Positions 1-12,096 of a stretch of 64,000 nt of DNA are shown piece after piece. How positions within the stretch are numbered: position 1 is the stretch's first letter; the number at the start of each line of letters is the position of its first letter. The stretch spans positions 27,652,001 to 27,716,000 of the forward strand of contig NC_083292.1 of NCBI RefSeq assembly GCF_963506605.1. The letters are read 5' to 3'. Under the pieces are notes generated by a model. That model was not told the origin of the DNA and did no database searches. It was given only the letters and a program-made list of their open reading frames with translations. The stretch is from Zootoca vivipara (lineage: Eukaryota). A program made the position numbers and the translations under genes.

Positions 1-3000
1 GCAGTCTTTAAAATAAGTATGCTGAGATGTAGGCAGGGGGACTGCAGCATTAAGCCTTCCTGGCCATGAAGTCTGAGTTCCATCCAACAGAAAAAGTGGG
101 ATGCTGAGAGGCAGTTCCCCATCGCGTCTGCCTTTATGGAGCACATGTTTTCCAAAACACCAAACCTCACAGTATTGGCAGCACATAGAATGCAGGAGTA
201 CCAAAAGAACGTTGTGAACATGTGAATGGTCCTCAGTCACCAGCTGTCAAAGGGTTGCACATGCCGCTTGCCTGCAGTGACAACCTGACCCTGCAGAGGG
301 CAGTGCCAAGCAACAAATACCTCCCCTGAACTGTATGGTAATCAAGGAGGAGTGGCAGGCCTACAGGCAAAAAACAGCAAACTGCTTCGGATGAAAAACC
401 AAATACCTGGATGTGGTACAGCTGGGAGGGACATCTGACTGCCCACCGGGTCCTTTGGCTCCAGATTGGCACCAGAATTGCACCGCCAACTAGACTGGGC
501 AGGGGGAACCCCAGCAGAGAAGGCGGCTCCCTGGGGTCCAGTGCTGATTGCAATACGCCCAACTGAACTGGACTGAGGCATGCAGCTGGTGGAAGGGGCA
601 ATGGGCTCCCCTTCATCCTTTTGTGATTCCACTTGAACCATCAAGCCTTGTGTAGTAGAAAGGGCAAGAGTGAGAGGAGGCTGAGCTGGAGAGGCCGCAA
701 AGATGTCTCTTGGCAAGCTCAGGAGCATGTGTGTGCATGTGGTAGAGGGTTGCATTTGGGGAGGGGTGGGTGGGCGTGAGCATCAAGGGCGGCCAGTCTG
801 GAGACCCCCTTCTCGCAAAGGACATTTCTCCTTCCCAGTGAGACAAGTGAGGAAGAGAGAGGTGAGAGGGTGGAGCAGGGAGGGGAGAGGGGAGGAGGAG
901 CTCATTAGTAATTAGTCAGTACAACAACATGCAAACGAGGTTAGAATGTGGACGGGGTGGGGGTGGGGGAGAAGGGAGCGACTGGGTGGCGGCTGGATCA
1001 GATGCAAACTCCCCCCCCCTTTTGAAACAGGCAAAGCCCATAGCCCTGTCAAACTCCCACAAACTCTGTAAGTAAGACCTCCACCCAGCCCTGGCCTCCC
1101 CTCAAAACAAGCCAAAGATGCCGGTGCTGTAGCTCCTCCAAGCTCTTGACCTTCCTTCATTGCACACTAAAAACACAGGAAGGCTAAAGAATTGGGGCCT
1201 ACAATTACGAGAGAGGCAGGCATGAGAGCGGGAGGCCTCCTTTGTGCGTGACACATTCTCTACACAGATGCAGGACTGAGGATCACCACCCCACCATCAT
1301 GTGTGAAAGACCACACACATACATGTTCATTTTGCCATGTGTTATGTGCATGAGGAAGCAGGCTCCCACTGTGCGGACACTGCTACCCATCTTGGGACAC
1401 AGGTGGCAGGCACTGGACAAGAAAGGCCAATCAGTTCTGGCCTTTCCAAGGGTCCCCAAGGTCAGCCTCACTAAGCAGGATCTTCCTAGGCAAGTCAAGG
1501 ATCGGGCCCAGGGCCCAGCAGCACTCCTGAGGCCCTGGAGGGATAGGATCTGCCCCAGCGAACAGCTTCTGGGTTGGTTGGGCCTAGGATAAGTACCAGA
1601 AGGAAGGTTGGGCTCCAGAGGAGCTGAGCCTTGGAGGGTGCCTCCTTCTGGGAAGCAGGCGATGTTTCTGTCTGAGCAGGATCATGTCTCGAGGGAGCCC
1701 AGTGTCCAAGTGGGAGGATTTTGGGGTGTGCAGAGTGCTCTTGTACACCCCAAAGAGGAACTACAACCCTACCCCAGGGTCTTTGGCGGTCTATGATGCC
1801 TCGAACCTTTTCTGCTTTCAGAAAAGTAAACCTGGTCACCGCAATCTGTGCCCTCTTCTGCCTTCCTTGCCCACAAATGCCTACAAAGCTGGGCAAAGAG
1901 GACCCAGGAGCCCTGGTTCCCACACATGTGGCCTAACCCACTCCCATCCAAAGCAAATAAATTTCACAGTCCTTCGCCTTCCTGAGCAAGTGGCACCCCT
2001 AGAAAGAGAGATGATTTGATGCAAGGTTCTCACTTGCCTGTTTTGTGAGCCCCAGTTAAGAGCCTGTTACCTGCACCTCACCCACCCCTTTTAGCAGAGC
2101 AACCCCGGAAAGAATGAGGGAAGCCAAACCAGGGTGGGATGGGGGGGGGGAGAGAGGCAGCAAAGTGGGGGGGGAGAGGGGAGGATGTTCGAGTAAAAAA
2201 ATTTGGGGCAGTCTCCTCGGACAAACTTAAAAGTTCAGACACAAAAATGGCAGTTAGTAGGAACAATCAACACAGTCTTTAATTAGTACACTATTAGTAC
2301 AACAGGAGTTAATTATCAGCTAGCATTAATCATGACTCTCAATTAATTAATTAATTAATCATCAGAAAGAGAAAGAGAAGAGAAGAGAGAGATTGGCTGA
2401 GAAGAGACTCAGATGGAGACAGAAGCCGTGCAAAGCAGGGATCAGGCCCCAAAGCGGCCTCCATGCGTGTTAAGATGGGGTGGGTGGGCAGGTGGGAGAG
2501 CGGCGGCGGATGATGGAGACAGAGAGAGGAGAAGCAGGCAAAAGCAGGCATGCAAGAGAGAGAAGAGAAAGAATGGAGAAGGTCAGGTAGAGGAATCAGA
2601 GCGAGAGAGAGAGAGAGAGCAGGATGAGGCCTGCTTGGCCATTTCGAACAAGAGCACCTGGCACGGCCCCCCAGCACACACTGAAAGCACACTTAAGGAG
2701 AGTCGGACATGGGCGCCCACCCTGAATGGATGCTAGGCCCAGCAATTAGAGGAGGTTTTCCGGGGAGAAGGGTTTCACCATTTCATACCCAAGTGCAAGC
2801 ACCCCGAAAAGAGGGCCTTCCACCCATCTGTCCTCCACACTATTATGGGCCCACATGCACAAAGCTCTCCTAAAGCCCTGCCCTGTGTGGCTCCCCAAGG
2901 CAGGGAGCTTCAGAAAGGCAGGAGGCTGACACCAGGAATGGATGATCCAGCCACAGAGAAAAAAGTGGCATGGTGTTTACCCCCCCCCTCACAGGACCAA

Positions 3001-3050
3001 TCTCTGTCCCAGATGACTCACATGTTCCAGATAACTGAATCTTCCACATA

Positions 3051-3052
<2 letters not shown>

Positions 3053-3092
<40 letters not shown>
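3053..3092. repeat. (CA)n microsatellite
   Basis: Direct reading. Confidence 0.95.
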
Positions 3093-3095
<3 letters not shown>

Positions 3096-3273
3096 CTGCC
3101 ATACTCACAACTGTGCCCAGGGTAGGTGCTAAATGGAAGAGAGTTCTCAATGGGCAGTGTGTGACTTCCTGCCTTCTTCACAGATAAGATTTTTTATTTG
3201 ATTGGTTTGCCTCTTTATTAATTGTTCCATTTCTATGCCACCTTCCTGCCAAGGCAGTTCACAATTTAAAATA

Positions 3274-3557
3274 CAGTGGTGCCTCGCTTAACAAATGCCC
3301 TGCTTAACGAAATTTCCGCTTAACGAAAGGATTTTTCGAGTGGATGTTGCCTCGCTAGACGAATGCGTTTTACGAAAAATTTGTCTAGCGAATCGCGGTT
3401 TCCCATAGGAATGCATTGAAATTCAATTAATGCGTTCCTATGGGCAAAAAAAAATTAAAAAAATTTCAGTGCATTCCTATGGGATTCGCTAGATGATTTT
3501 TTCGCTATAAGAAAAGACCCGTGGAACGAATTAATTTCGTCTAGCGAGGCACCACTG
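3274..3557. mobile_element. Tc1/mariner (Tigger/pogo-like) MITE
   Basis: TA-flanked TIR cagtggtgcctcgc...gcgaggcaccactg. Confidence 0.88.
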
Positions 3558-4844
3558 TAGTAGAATAAACAAACGGCACAAAAATATCCGCAGGAGCTTC
3601 CTGGCCTCCTCAGATTCTTCTTGTTGGCTCCCACCTTCCCCCAGGACACAAAAGGCCACTTTAAACGGGGGGGGGGGCTGCCCCCAGCTCTCTCTGATTA
3701 CTGCTGCCCATGGGGGCAAGAGACTTTTCTCATATGCATTCCCACTCTCACAGGGTGCATCAATGGATTGCATTCAAAATGGGACTATACACACACACAG
3801 GCCTTTGTCTCTTTATCACTCAGACCCTCCTGCAGCCTCACACCACCCTCCTTTGCTGAAACAAGGGGTGGGGGGCTAGTACAATGAACGAGCGCCTGCC
3901 TTGCATGCGGAAGTTGCCAGGTCCAATCCCAGCTAGAACCAGGGCAGACCCATCGCTGCTTGAGAGCCACTGAAGCTGCCAGGCAAAAATTAGAATCATG
4001 TTCAGAGGTGAAGGCAGGCAACTCCTCTGCATCAGCCTTGGGGCAGGGTCCTGGGAATGTCAGTAGGGAGCTTCTCACCAGCACAGTCCTTGGAAAGAGA
4101 GTGATGGTGGGGGGAAATTATAGGGGTCTCTAAGCAGAAACTGGTCAGGGGGTGCTCAAGCTCTGGGCTCCCCACATCAAGCAGGGAGTGCTGGACTTGA
4201 TGGCCTCCAATTCTATGGGGGTTGAGAACATGAGACCATAAGAAGAATCCTGAAGCAGCAGGATCAGGCCAAAGGGAGCTTCTTTAGTCCACCATCCTTT
4301 TCCCCACAGCGGCCAAGCAGATGCCCTCATGGGGAGGCGCCCACAGTGACAACACAGGCACTGCAGGCCTCTCATGCTGCTCTTCCTTCCCCAGCAAGAG
4401 GAAGTCAGGGAGGTGCTGCCTCTCCTACTGGAGGTGATATGCAGCCATCCTGACTACTAGGCAATGTGGTTAGTCGATTCTTAGATGGCGACCCTGGAGG
4501 AGGCTGGTGATGAGGACGGTTGGGACTAGTGTGTAAAAAAAATCGTGTGCAAGGTGAATCAGCTGGAACTGGGAATGTGCAAAGCAAGGGATTGCTGGAA
4601 GAATGCACATTAGTCACCTACACAGAGGAAACACATCTCTGCAAAGAGACAGCTCCCCCAGTTTCTCATGCCCACCTGGTGTGACTCTGCAAGCTCGCTT
4701 CTGGAAGAAATCCATGCAGAGGCAACCTTTCTTTCCACCAAAGTCCCAAAGAGGACAGACCAGGGATTCTCCCAGACTCTGAGGCAACCATGTTCTATTT
4801 CCCACGTGGCAACATGTGTGGCAACATGTGTGTCCGGATGGGAG

Positions 4845-4847
<3 letters not shown>

Positions 4848-4881
<34 letters not shown>
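4848..4881. repeat. (GT)n microsatellite
   Basis: Direct reading. Confidence 0.95.
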
Positions 4882-4884
<3 letters not shown>

Positions 4885-6939
4885 TCCCAGTGCCAGCTTT
4901 GGCGGCACAGAGCAGCCATGGGAAGGGCACATCAGAGAAACATCAGGCAGAGCAACCACCTCTTGGGTCTTAAGTCATTCTTTCAGTTTTGCACCAAAGA
5001 ACCAAACCAGCAGGTGAGTGAAAACCTCTTGTCTTGCCAATCATCTAATCTGTGCCTCCCAGCAAACCAAGATGTTCACTGCAGGGAGGTGAGGGATGTT
5101 GTCAGCCAGGAGGGGTTACAGAGCTCCATCACAGCAGCCTCGGGATTTAGGTCCCTGAGCATGCAATGGCACCTAAAGTAGTTCCCACGCTTCCCAGTGT
5201 CTCTAGATGCACCAGGATGACAGGAACCATGGGAGCTACATCTCTCATATGCCCCCAATTCTCTCTAACCCAGAGCCAGGCTAGCTGATTAGGGCCTGAT
5301 TAGCACTTGAACTAATACATGACCCAGCTTGTTGTGCCAAGTGCCTAGCGGGCATTTGACATAAGCTGGGTCTCCCCCTCTCCTAAAGCTGAAATTTGTA
5401 CTGGGAGGAAAGCCTCCATAGGCACCAGTCAACATGTTCCTCCTGACACAAACAGCAATTTCATGGTACTGATGGTGGCAATGTTGATTTTTCAGCGGAC
5501 CAAAGCAGGAGGAAAACTTCCACCATCCCAACACCACCACCGGCCAGCTGCTATTTGCATTTTTAAAACATGCATGTTAATTGCATTGAGGCAACAAACA
5601 TCATGAGTTCAGCCCTCACACCCTGCAGGAGTGTGCAACTTCCAAGTATTGCTGGATTCCAATTCTCATCAGGCTGCTTTCCAGAATCTTACTCAGTCTC
5701 CTCCAAGGGCGGGTCCTGCTTCAGCCGCACAAGAGCCTCGAAGTGGGCATCAATGGTGGGGAGAGGGATGCCCTTGAGGGGCTCCAGGAACCTGGCGGGC
5801 AACATGGCCAGGAACCTCGGGCAACATGGCCTGGGATGATGAGAGTTGTAGTCCAGGAACATGTGGAGGGTCACAAGATCCATCCATGCCTGCACTAAGG
5901 CTTATTCCCCTCAGCCCCACTGAGCCTCCCTGAACAAAATATCCAACCTACACACTATCATTCTCTCCCATCAGCAGGACCCAAAGAAGAGCCTGCAATT
6001 CTCACATATGACACACACGTGTCCTTACTACAAACAAAGACAACTTTCAAATGGCTTTAACCAGCTTCAAACATCCTTAGATGCTGCATTTCTGTGGAAT
6101 GCTTGGACAGATGGACTAAGGGATCAAAGATCCCTTCACAGACCCACAACTTCTTCTAGTCATCAATGAGCCGGACTACTCCAAAAAATGCGACAGTGGC
6201 ATAGCATTTGTAGTGCTTGGGTACAAGCACACAAAAACACAGAGAGAAACATCCTCAGGGCCATGTTCACAGGAGTTGCACTCCTAAGACCTTCTGATGT
6301 GTGGAATACCAAATGCACATGAGAGCACAATAACAAGTGCCTGGCTGGTCCAGCATTTGGCGTGCACATCTTCCCTGCTGAACAGGCCTGAAGTTATATC
6401 CAACTGTAAATTATACAGAGAGCAGACTCACTGGAATTAATGGATCTCAGTTAGTCATATGGCCATTGTTTACAGTGGGTCTACTCTGGGTAGAACGATT
6501 ACTGGATACAACCCTTCTTCAGAAGTACCTTTTACACATTGGAAGACACAGCTACAGCTCTGCAGAGTGGGATACTGGTGGACTACAATTCCCATCAGCC
6601 CCTGCAGCCAGCATGGCCAATGCTCAAGAATGATGGGAAATGTAGTCTAGCAACATACGGAGGGGCCTCGTGCTCATAGGATTCTGCACAGGATAGTTTG
6701 TGCGGCCTTTTCTCCACCTCCAACTTCAAAATGCTTTTGCCCCAGGGGAAATATTCTTCAAAGGGGGGGAAAATGTGTGAGGTGAGAGAACTCCCACATT
6801 TAAGGACAGTCTACCTACACCTCAATGCCAGTAACTGGGAAGCAACAGCAGGAGGGGGTTATGAACTTCAAGCCCTGTTTGTGGACACCTCCAGAGGCAA
6901 CTGGTTGGCCAATGAAGCAGGATGCTGGACTAGTAAGGC

Positions 6940-7075
6940 CAGGCATCCCCAGACTTCGGCCCTCCAGATGTTTTGGACTACAATTTCCATCTTCCCTGAC
7001 CACTGGTCCTGTTAGCTAGGGATCATGGGAGTTGTAGGCCAAAACATCTGGGGGGCCGCAGTTTGGGGATGCCTG
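6940..7075. mobile_element. 136-bp palindromic hAT (Charlie-like) MITE
   Basis: TIR caggcatcccc...ggggatgcctg. 8-bp TSD agtaaggc. Confidence 0.9.
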
Positions 7076-8986
7076 AGTAAGGCCTTTGGTCTGATCCAGA
7101 AGCAGAATAAGTTGCTCTGATATTCTTAAGCCTGCATCCAGGATTCAAGACAAACTGGGTGGGGCGGGCAGTTAATGCCTAAACTGTGGGGCTGATGCAC
7201 ACAAGACTCACACACCCTAAACACTAAGCAGGAAGAGACTGTCTCAGATGCCTGCCTGCTCATAGTCTCTCTCACCATGCACACACATGTCCACACCTAT
7301 GCGCCTGTAGTCAGCACAGCATTTTCCCCAGCAACCCCATTGTAACCTGACAGTGCTCCTGTTTGAAATGGCCAAGTTGTGAAGTTGGCACGCCATGCAA
7401 GGCAGAAAGAGGGGTGGGACTGGTAGAGTGTGGGAAAGGGCAAGAGGAGGAGGAGGAGGAGGAAGGGTAAAGGAAAGGGGTGGGTGGACAGTGTGCGACA
7501 CAGAGTGTTAGTTTCAGCCCCAGAGAAATGCTGTGAAAATAAAAAACTGGACACAGAAGCTACATGCCCAAATCAATCCTAGCATGCCATGCAGTATGGA
7601 GGGCCGGCAGCGGGACCCCAGGGGAGGGAAACAAGATCCAGGGCAGCCAGTATGGTCAAGCACTACCTTGACAGGCCCAAGCCCATCACAGGGCAGACCC
7701 TTTCAAGCCACCCAAAGGGAGGGCACCCAAAGGGGGAAGCAATTGTAGTCCAATTACCCATGGGCAGGGTTCTCCTAACTCCGGAGGAGCACTTCAGCCC
7801 TCCAACCTCTGCCCCCCCCCTGCGCCCAGCACAAGGAAACTACCCCCCTGCACCACAGCACAAGGGAAAATCCTTTTGTATTTCCCTGTAAGCTCACCCT
7901 CCTGTTCCTCCACCCCATATCAAAGTGTCCCTCCCCTCCAATACTCCCACCTCCACCCTGCTGGCTGCCCGTTGCTGTCCTTCCCTGGGGGGCAGCTGGG
8001 GTCACAGCGCAGGTGTAATAGCGCACAGAAGTTGCTTCATGGGATGGTGTTTTCCATGGATTTTTTTTTGGGGGGGGTGGGGATAAGGAGGGGAAGGGTA
8101 AAAAGTAAAGTCATAAAATAAAATGTTTTAAAAGTGCTCACAATTTTTTTTTGTTCATTTGTTTTGAGTTGGTAATGGCGGAGGAGAGGGGGTGTTAAGA
8201 GAGCAAGTTTCCTGTACATCTGCAAATTTGAAGGGTGGGAGGAATGCTCAAAGTACTTACAGAGGAGGAAGGCTGGAGAGAGACATCTAGCCCTCCATGA
8301 AGACGCCAATCTGGGGGATGGACCTGGTGGCCTCCACTTGCTGTTTTGTTGGGCTGCAACTCACAGCAGCCCCGGGAGCTGGCATGGAAGTTGGAGCCTA
8401 GTAACATCTAGATCCCACTCCCTGCAGGTTGGGGAAGAGTGCTGCTCGAGGCCTGTACTTATACCCCAGATAGCAAGGAGACATCATTGACTGGGGATGT
8501 TTTCCCTGCCTTCTTGGAGGCTCTGAGTTTTTTTTTCCCCCAGTGGAACTTTCCTTCCCTTGCTAGCCACTAGCTTTGTGCACCCCCACCCTACTCTAGA
8601 CTTCTTCTTTTATGCCTACCTTGCACTACCCTGTCTGACAGGCAAGTATGAACTGTTTGTAAATCAGTCAGTGGCAAAGGGCTCTCTGGCTGGCAGAGCA
8701 GGTGGAGGGGAGGAGCAGAGAAGGAGCATCTTCTTATCCCCCTCCTTCGTGCCCAGAACAGAGAGCAAGCAGGCCGGGAAATGCCCGACACCCTCCCCTG
8801 CCAGTCCCCAGCAGGCTAGTTAACAGAAAGGGAGGCTAGCAACTTTTACAGGCATATATGCAAGGCAGGTTGATTGACTGCGCTCTGAGATAGGGCAGGA
8901 CTTCTCTCAAACAAGGCTTTCTGACAATTCAGTTTGGATATGTTAAGAGTGTTGAACAAGAACCAATGAAACCCAAGTTCAAATCC

Positions 8987-8987
<1 letters not shown>

Positions 8988-9036
<49 letters not shown>
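8988..9036. repeat. (ATT)n microsatellite
   Basis: Direct reading. Confidence 0.95.
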
Positions 9037-9037
<1 letters not shown>

Positions 9038-9511
9038 AATCTTGCCATGACGCAAGATTCTATCAGCCTAACCTACTTGTGAGGATAAAATGTGGGTTGG
9101 AGGGCCATATACAGTGCCTTAACCTGCTTGGAGGAAAGGCAGCATGTATTTAAAAAAATGGGATAAATAAACAATTTTGATTGCAGGCAATTTGAAGCTT
9201 CTTTTTGCCACCTAGCATTATGTGCCAACCTTTGGGCCTGAAGCGACTTCCAGACTCCAAGTCAGCCAGTGGTTCTTTGGTTGCTTGTTAAATTCATACC
9301 AATGCAAGTCACCTTCTTGGGGGGGGGGGGAATAATATCTAAAATTAAACTCTCTCTGTGTGTGTGCATGTTCTAGTGTGTTTGAATTTTTTTTTCCAAA
9401 ACAACAATAATTTTCAAAACCCAATTAATGAATTAAAAAAAATAAGGAAGGGAGGGAGAGAGGTAAAACCCACGGCAAACCAAATGATTAGACAATTAGA
9501 CTGATATCTAC

Positions 9512-9556
9512 CAGGTAATGCAGTTTGTTTACCATAGCGTGTCCAATTCCTGCGTG
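9512..9556 (-). CDS. NRXN2: Neurexin-2-alpha SS2 alternative exon: 45 nt HAGIGHAMVNKLHYL, or 24 nt HAGIGHAM (9533-9556) via the internal donor
   Basis: T-rich tract ttttatgcatacag|CACGCAGGAATTGGACACGCTATG|GTAAACAAACTGCATTACCTG|gtagat. This is the canonical 8/15-aa SS2 insert. Confidence 0.95.
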
Positions 9557-12096
9557 CTGTATGCATAAAAAAAACCAACAACGAAAAAACGAAAAACCAA
9601 AACAACGAGAGGGGGAGGGGGATAAACAGGGGAAAAAAATGACCAACCATGAAACTTCAAGGGAGATTCTTTTTTTTTAATAAAAAGAGAAATAAATCCC
9701 CCCCCCCAGTTCCTGCGACCAACAAAATAAAAGACACTAAACCACACAACCCTTCCCCCGCCGCTCGAGAGCGCCAGCCTCACCACCCCACACTCACCCC
9801 CAAACCCCCGGAACTTCCTAGGCCTTGGTTAGTAAGGAAAAAACAGAACAAAATGAAAGACTGGAAAAGGAAAAGAAACAACCGACATTCCGTGGATGGC
9901 ACAAAGGTTAGTTCTGGTTTCTCCGGCTGAGAAGTCGAATCTCCCGCCACCCCAGAAGCGTGTTAGTAACACACAACAACGAAAGTTGCCAAGGCAATCT
10001 CTAACAAGGTGGTTTGGGGGGTGGGAGGGTGAGGGTGAGGGGGAGTGGAAGGATGGAGGAACACAGCACGGCCCATGTTAGCAGTATTAGTAGTTCCTAG
10101 GCGGCCAGTTTGGAGAGGGGAGAAAGGGCAGGAGGGGAAGAAGAGGGCAGTGGGCCCAGCTGGGCGTGACCCACTCATGATGGCCTGTGTGTCTGTGGTG
10201 TGGTGGTGATGGGGGCGTCTGGGGGGGCCTAAGGGTCCAAGTGCTTCTTAGGAAGGAGAGCAGCCAGAGATGCCATGGGAGTGACAGAATGCCCTTCCCC
10301 AGGCATAAACCAAGGCTGAGTCGATGCTTTCTTTGCAAAAAAAAGGAGACAAGAAATCCATCAAGAGGATTAGCAGAGAGATAGAGAGAAAGACAGAGAG
10401 AGCAGGAGCTGTCAAAGAATGAGGGAGGGGTCCCTGTTCTGTGAATCCAAAGACAGCAAAGGGGGCAGATTCAAAGCCCTCCAGTAGCCCCTGTGCACTG
10501 GCTTATTGCTCCAAAGCCAGGAACCCCATGGACAACCTTCGTCAGTTCTTTCCCGACTAGCCGGGAAGCAGGCATGCCCTCGCAGGCAGCCTACAGAGCA
10601 GTGGAAAGGCCCCCTACCCCTATTCAGAAGCAATCTTTTTCTCCCCCCCCCCCTGCTCAGACAGGACACCCCCAGCTTTCAGGTTGCTTTAACAGCTCCA
10701 CTCAAGCCCCCTCCCTCTCCTCCCACCCCATTAGGTCTCCACTGCCACCACCATCCAGTCTCTCCCACATCTTGGTTTCCACAGCCTGGCCTGAGCTGGA
10801 GTTCACTCTGTTTTCCAGCACCACCACTCTGGAACATGTGAAATGATTGAGAGTGTTTCTGAGAACACTACAGGGTGCCCTTCACTCACCACTGAGTGGC
10901 CATAATACATGTTGAAATGAGGTGGGTGTTTTTGTCTGTGTTTGCAACTTGGACATTTGCATGAGTATTTTGCATTCAATGCCCCCCAGTTTCAGAAATC
11001 AAGAAGTCCGCTTGTACTCACATCCAGACACACCGTGTCCCCTTCCACCGTTTCTCCCCATTCATCCAAATCCCAACATTTCTTTTTAGCTGCTAGCTTG
11101 TCCCCACCTCTTCCCACCCTTCTCCAGGCTAAAGGGTGGAGAACAAGAGGCGGGGGGACAGGACCCCTTATAACTTGTTGCCCCTTAGGATTCACAGAAC
11201 AAGACTCCGCTTTCTCCTTCCCGCACCAGTCTTCCAGCCCATACAGAACCCTCCATATTCAACATACTGTCCAGTCATGGGAAACACCCCAAAAATCCAG
11301 CCAGAAAAGCAACACCCTGTAAATAGAACAATGCCAAGATGGGGTATGGGAACACCACCCTGTGGTCCAGACACCAAGCAGAGGAGGGGGGGGGGAGAAA
11401 ATTCATGTTTGCCCTTTCATAAATCAGCTCTGCAGTGCAACCAAACTGGGCTCAACTAGACTGACCTGTTCTCCCCTTAAGATACTGCACAGCCACCAAC
11501 TTCTTATAACAGGACTGGGGATCTTCAGGCCCAAGGGTCAAATGTGGCCCTCCAAGCCTCGTAATCTGGCCCTCAAGATTCTCTCCAGGCCACACCACTT
11601 ATTGCCCTAGTTCACCTTCCCTGAGTGCTTTTGCCTGGTTGAAATATTTCCTTTGATATTGCCTCTTGCTTGACTGGGTGGAGGAAAAGAGGGAATAAAG
11701 GGGGGTGGCTCTGACTTTTTCATGGCTGGAACATGACCTAATGTACAAAGGTAAAGGTCACCATCTGTTGCTCTACCCTTTTCTGCTTCTGGGGGCCACA
11801 TGCCAGTGGTGGGCATGGTGCAGTCCTTGGCCTGAAACCGGTCCCCCATCCGTGCATTAGAGTGTTTTAAATCAAGAACATGTTGTCACATATCAGGCTA
11901 TGGCTCCATGCCAAGGAACCCATTGCTGGCAGGAGAGAGCTGAATGGGAGGTGTTGTTTGGATCCACTCAAGACAGCTCATAACAGAGGGGGCAAGGCTT
12001 TCCTCATATCCCTTTGGGGTCAACTATGCTACAGCAGGCACCACACTGCTCCAGAGGTGAAAAGGTAGTGAGTTGGGAGTTGCTAGACTTGAGTGA

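Noticed and set aside
5511-8060. Second long-range pairing, 5511-5530 with 8040-8056
   Set aside because: Only ~16 bp with a 4-nt bulge, within chance expectation.
1-9500. Next constitutive NRXN2 exon (VTISVDG...)
   Set aside because: Not found by eye. Presumably lies beyond the left edge.
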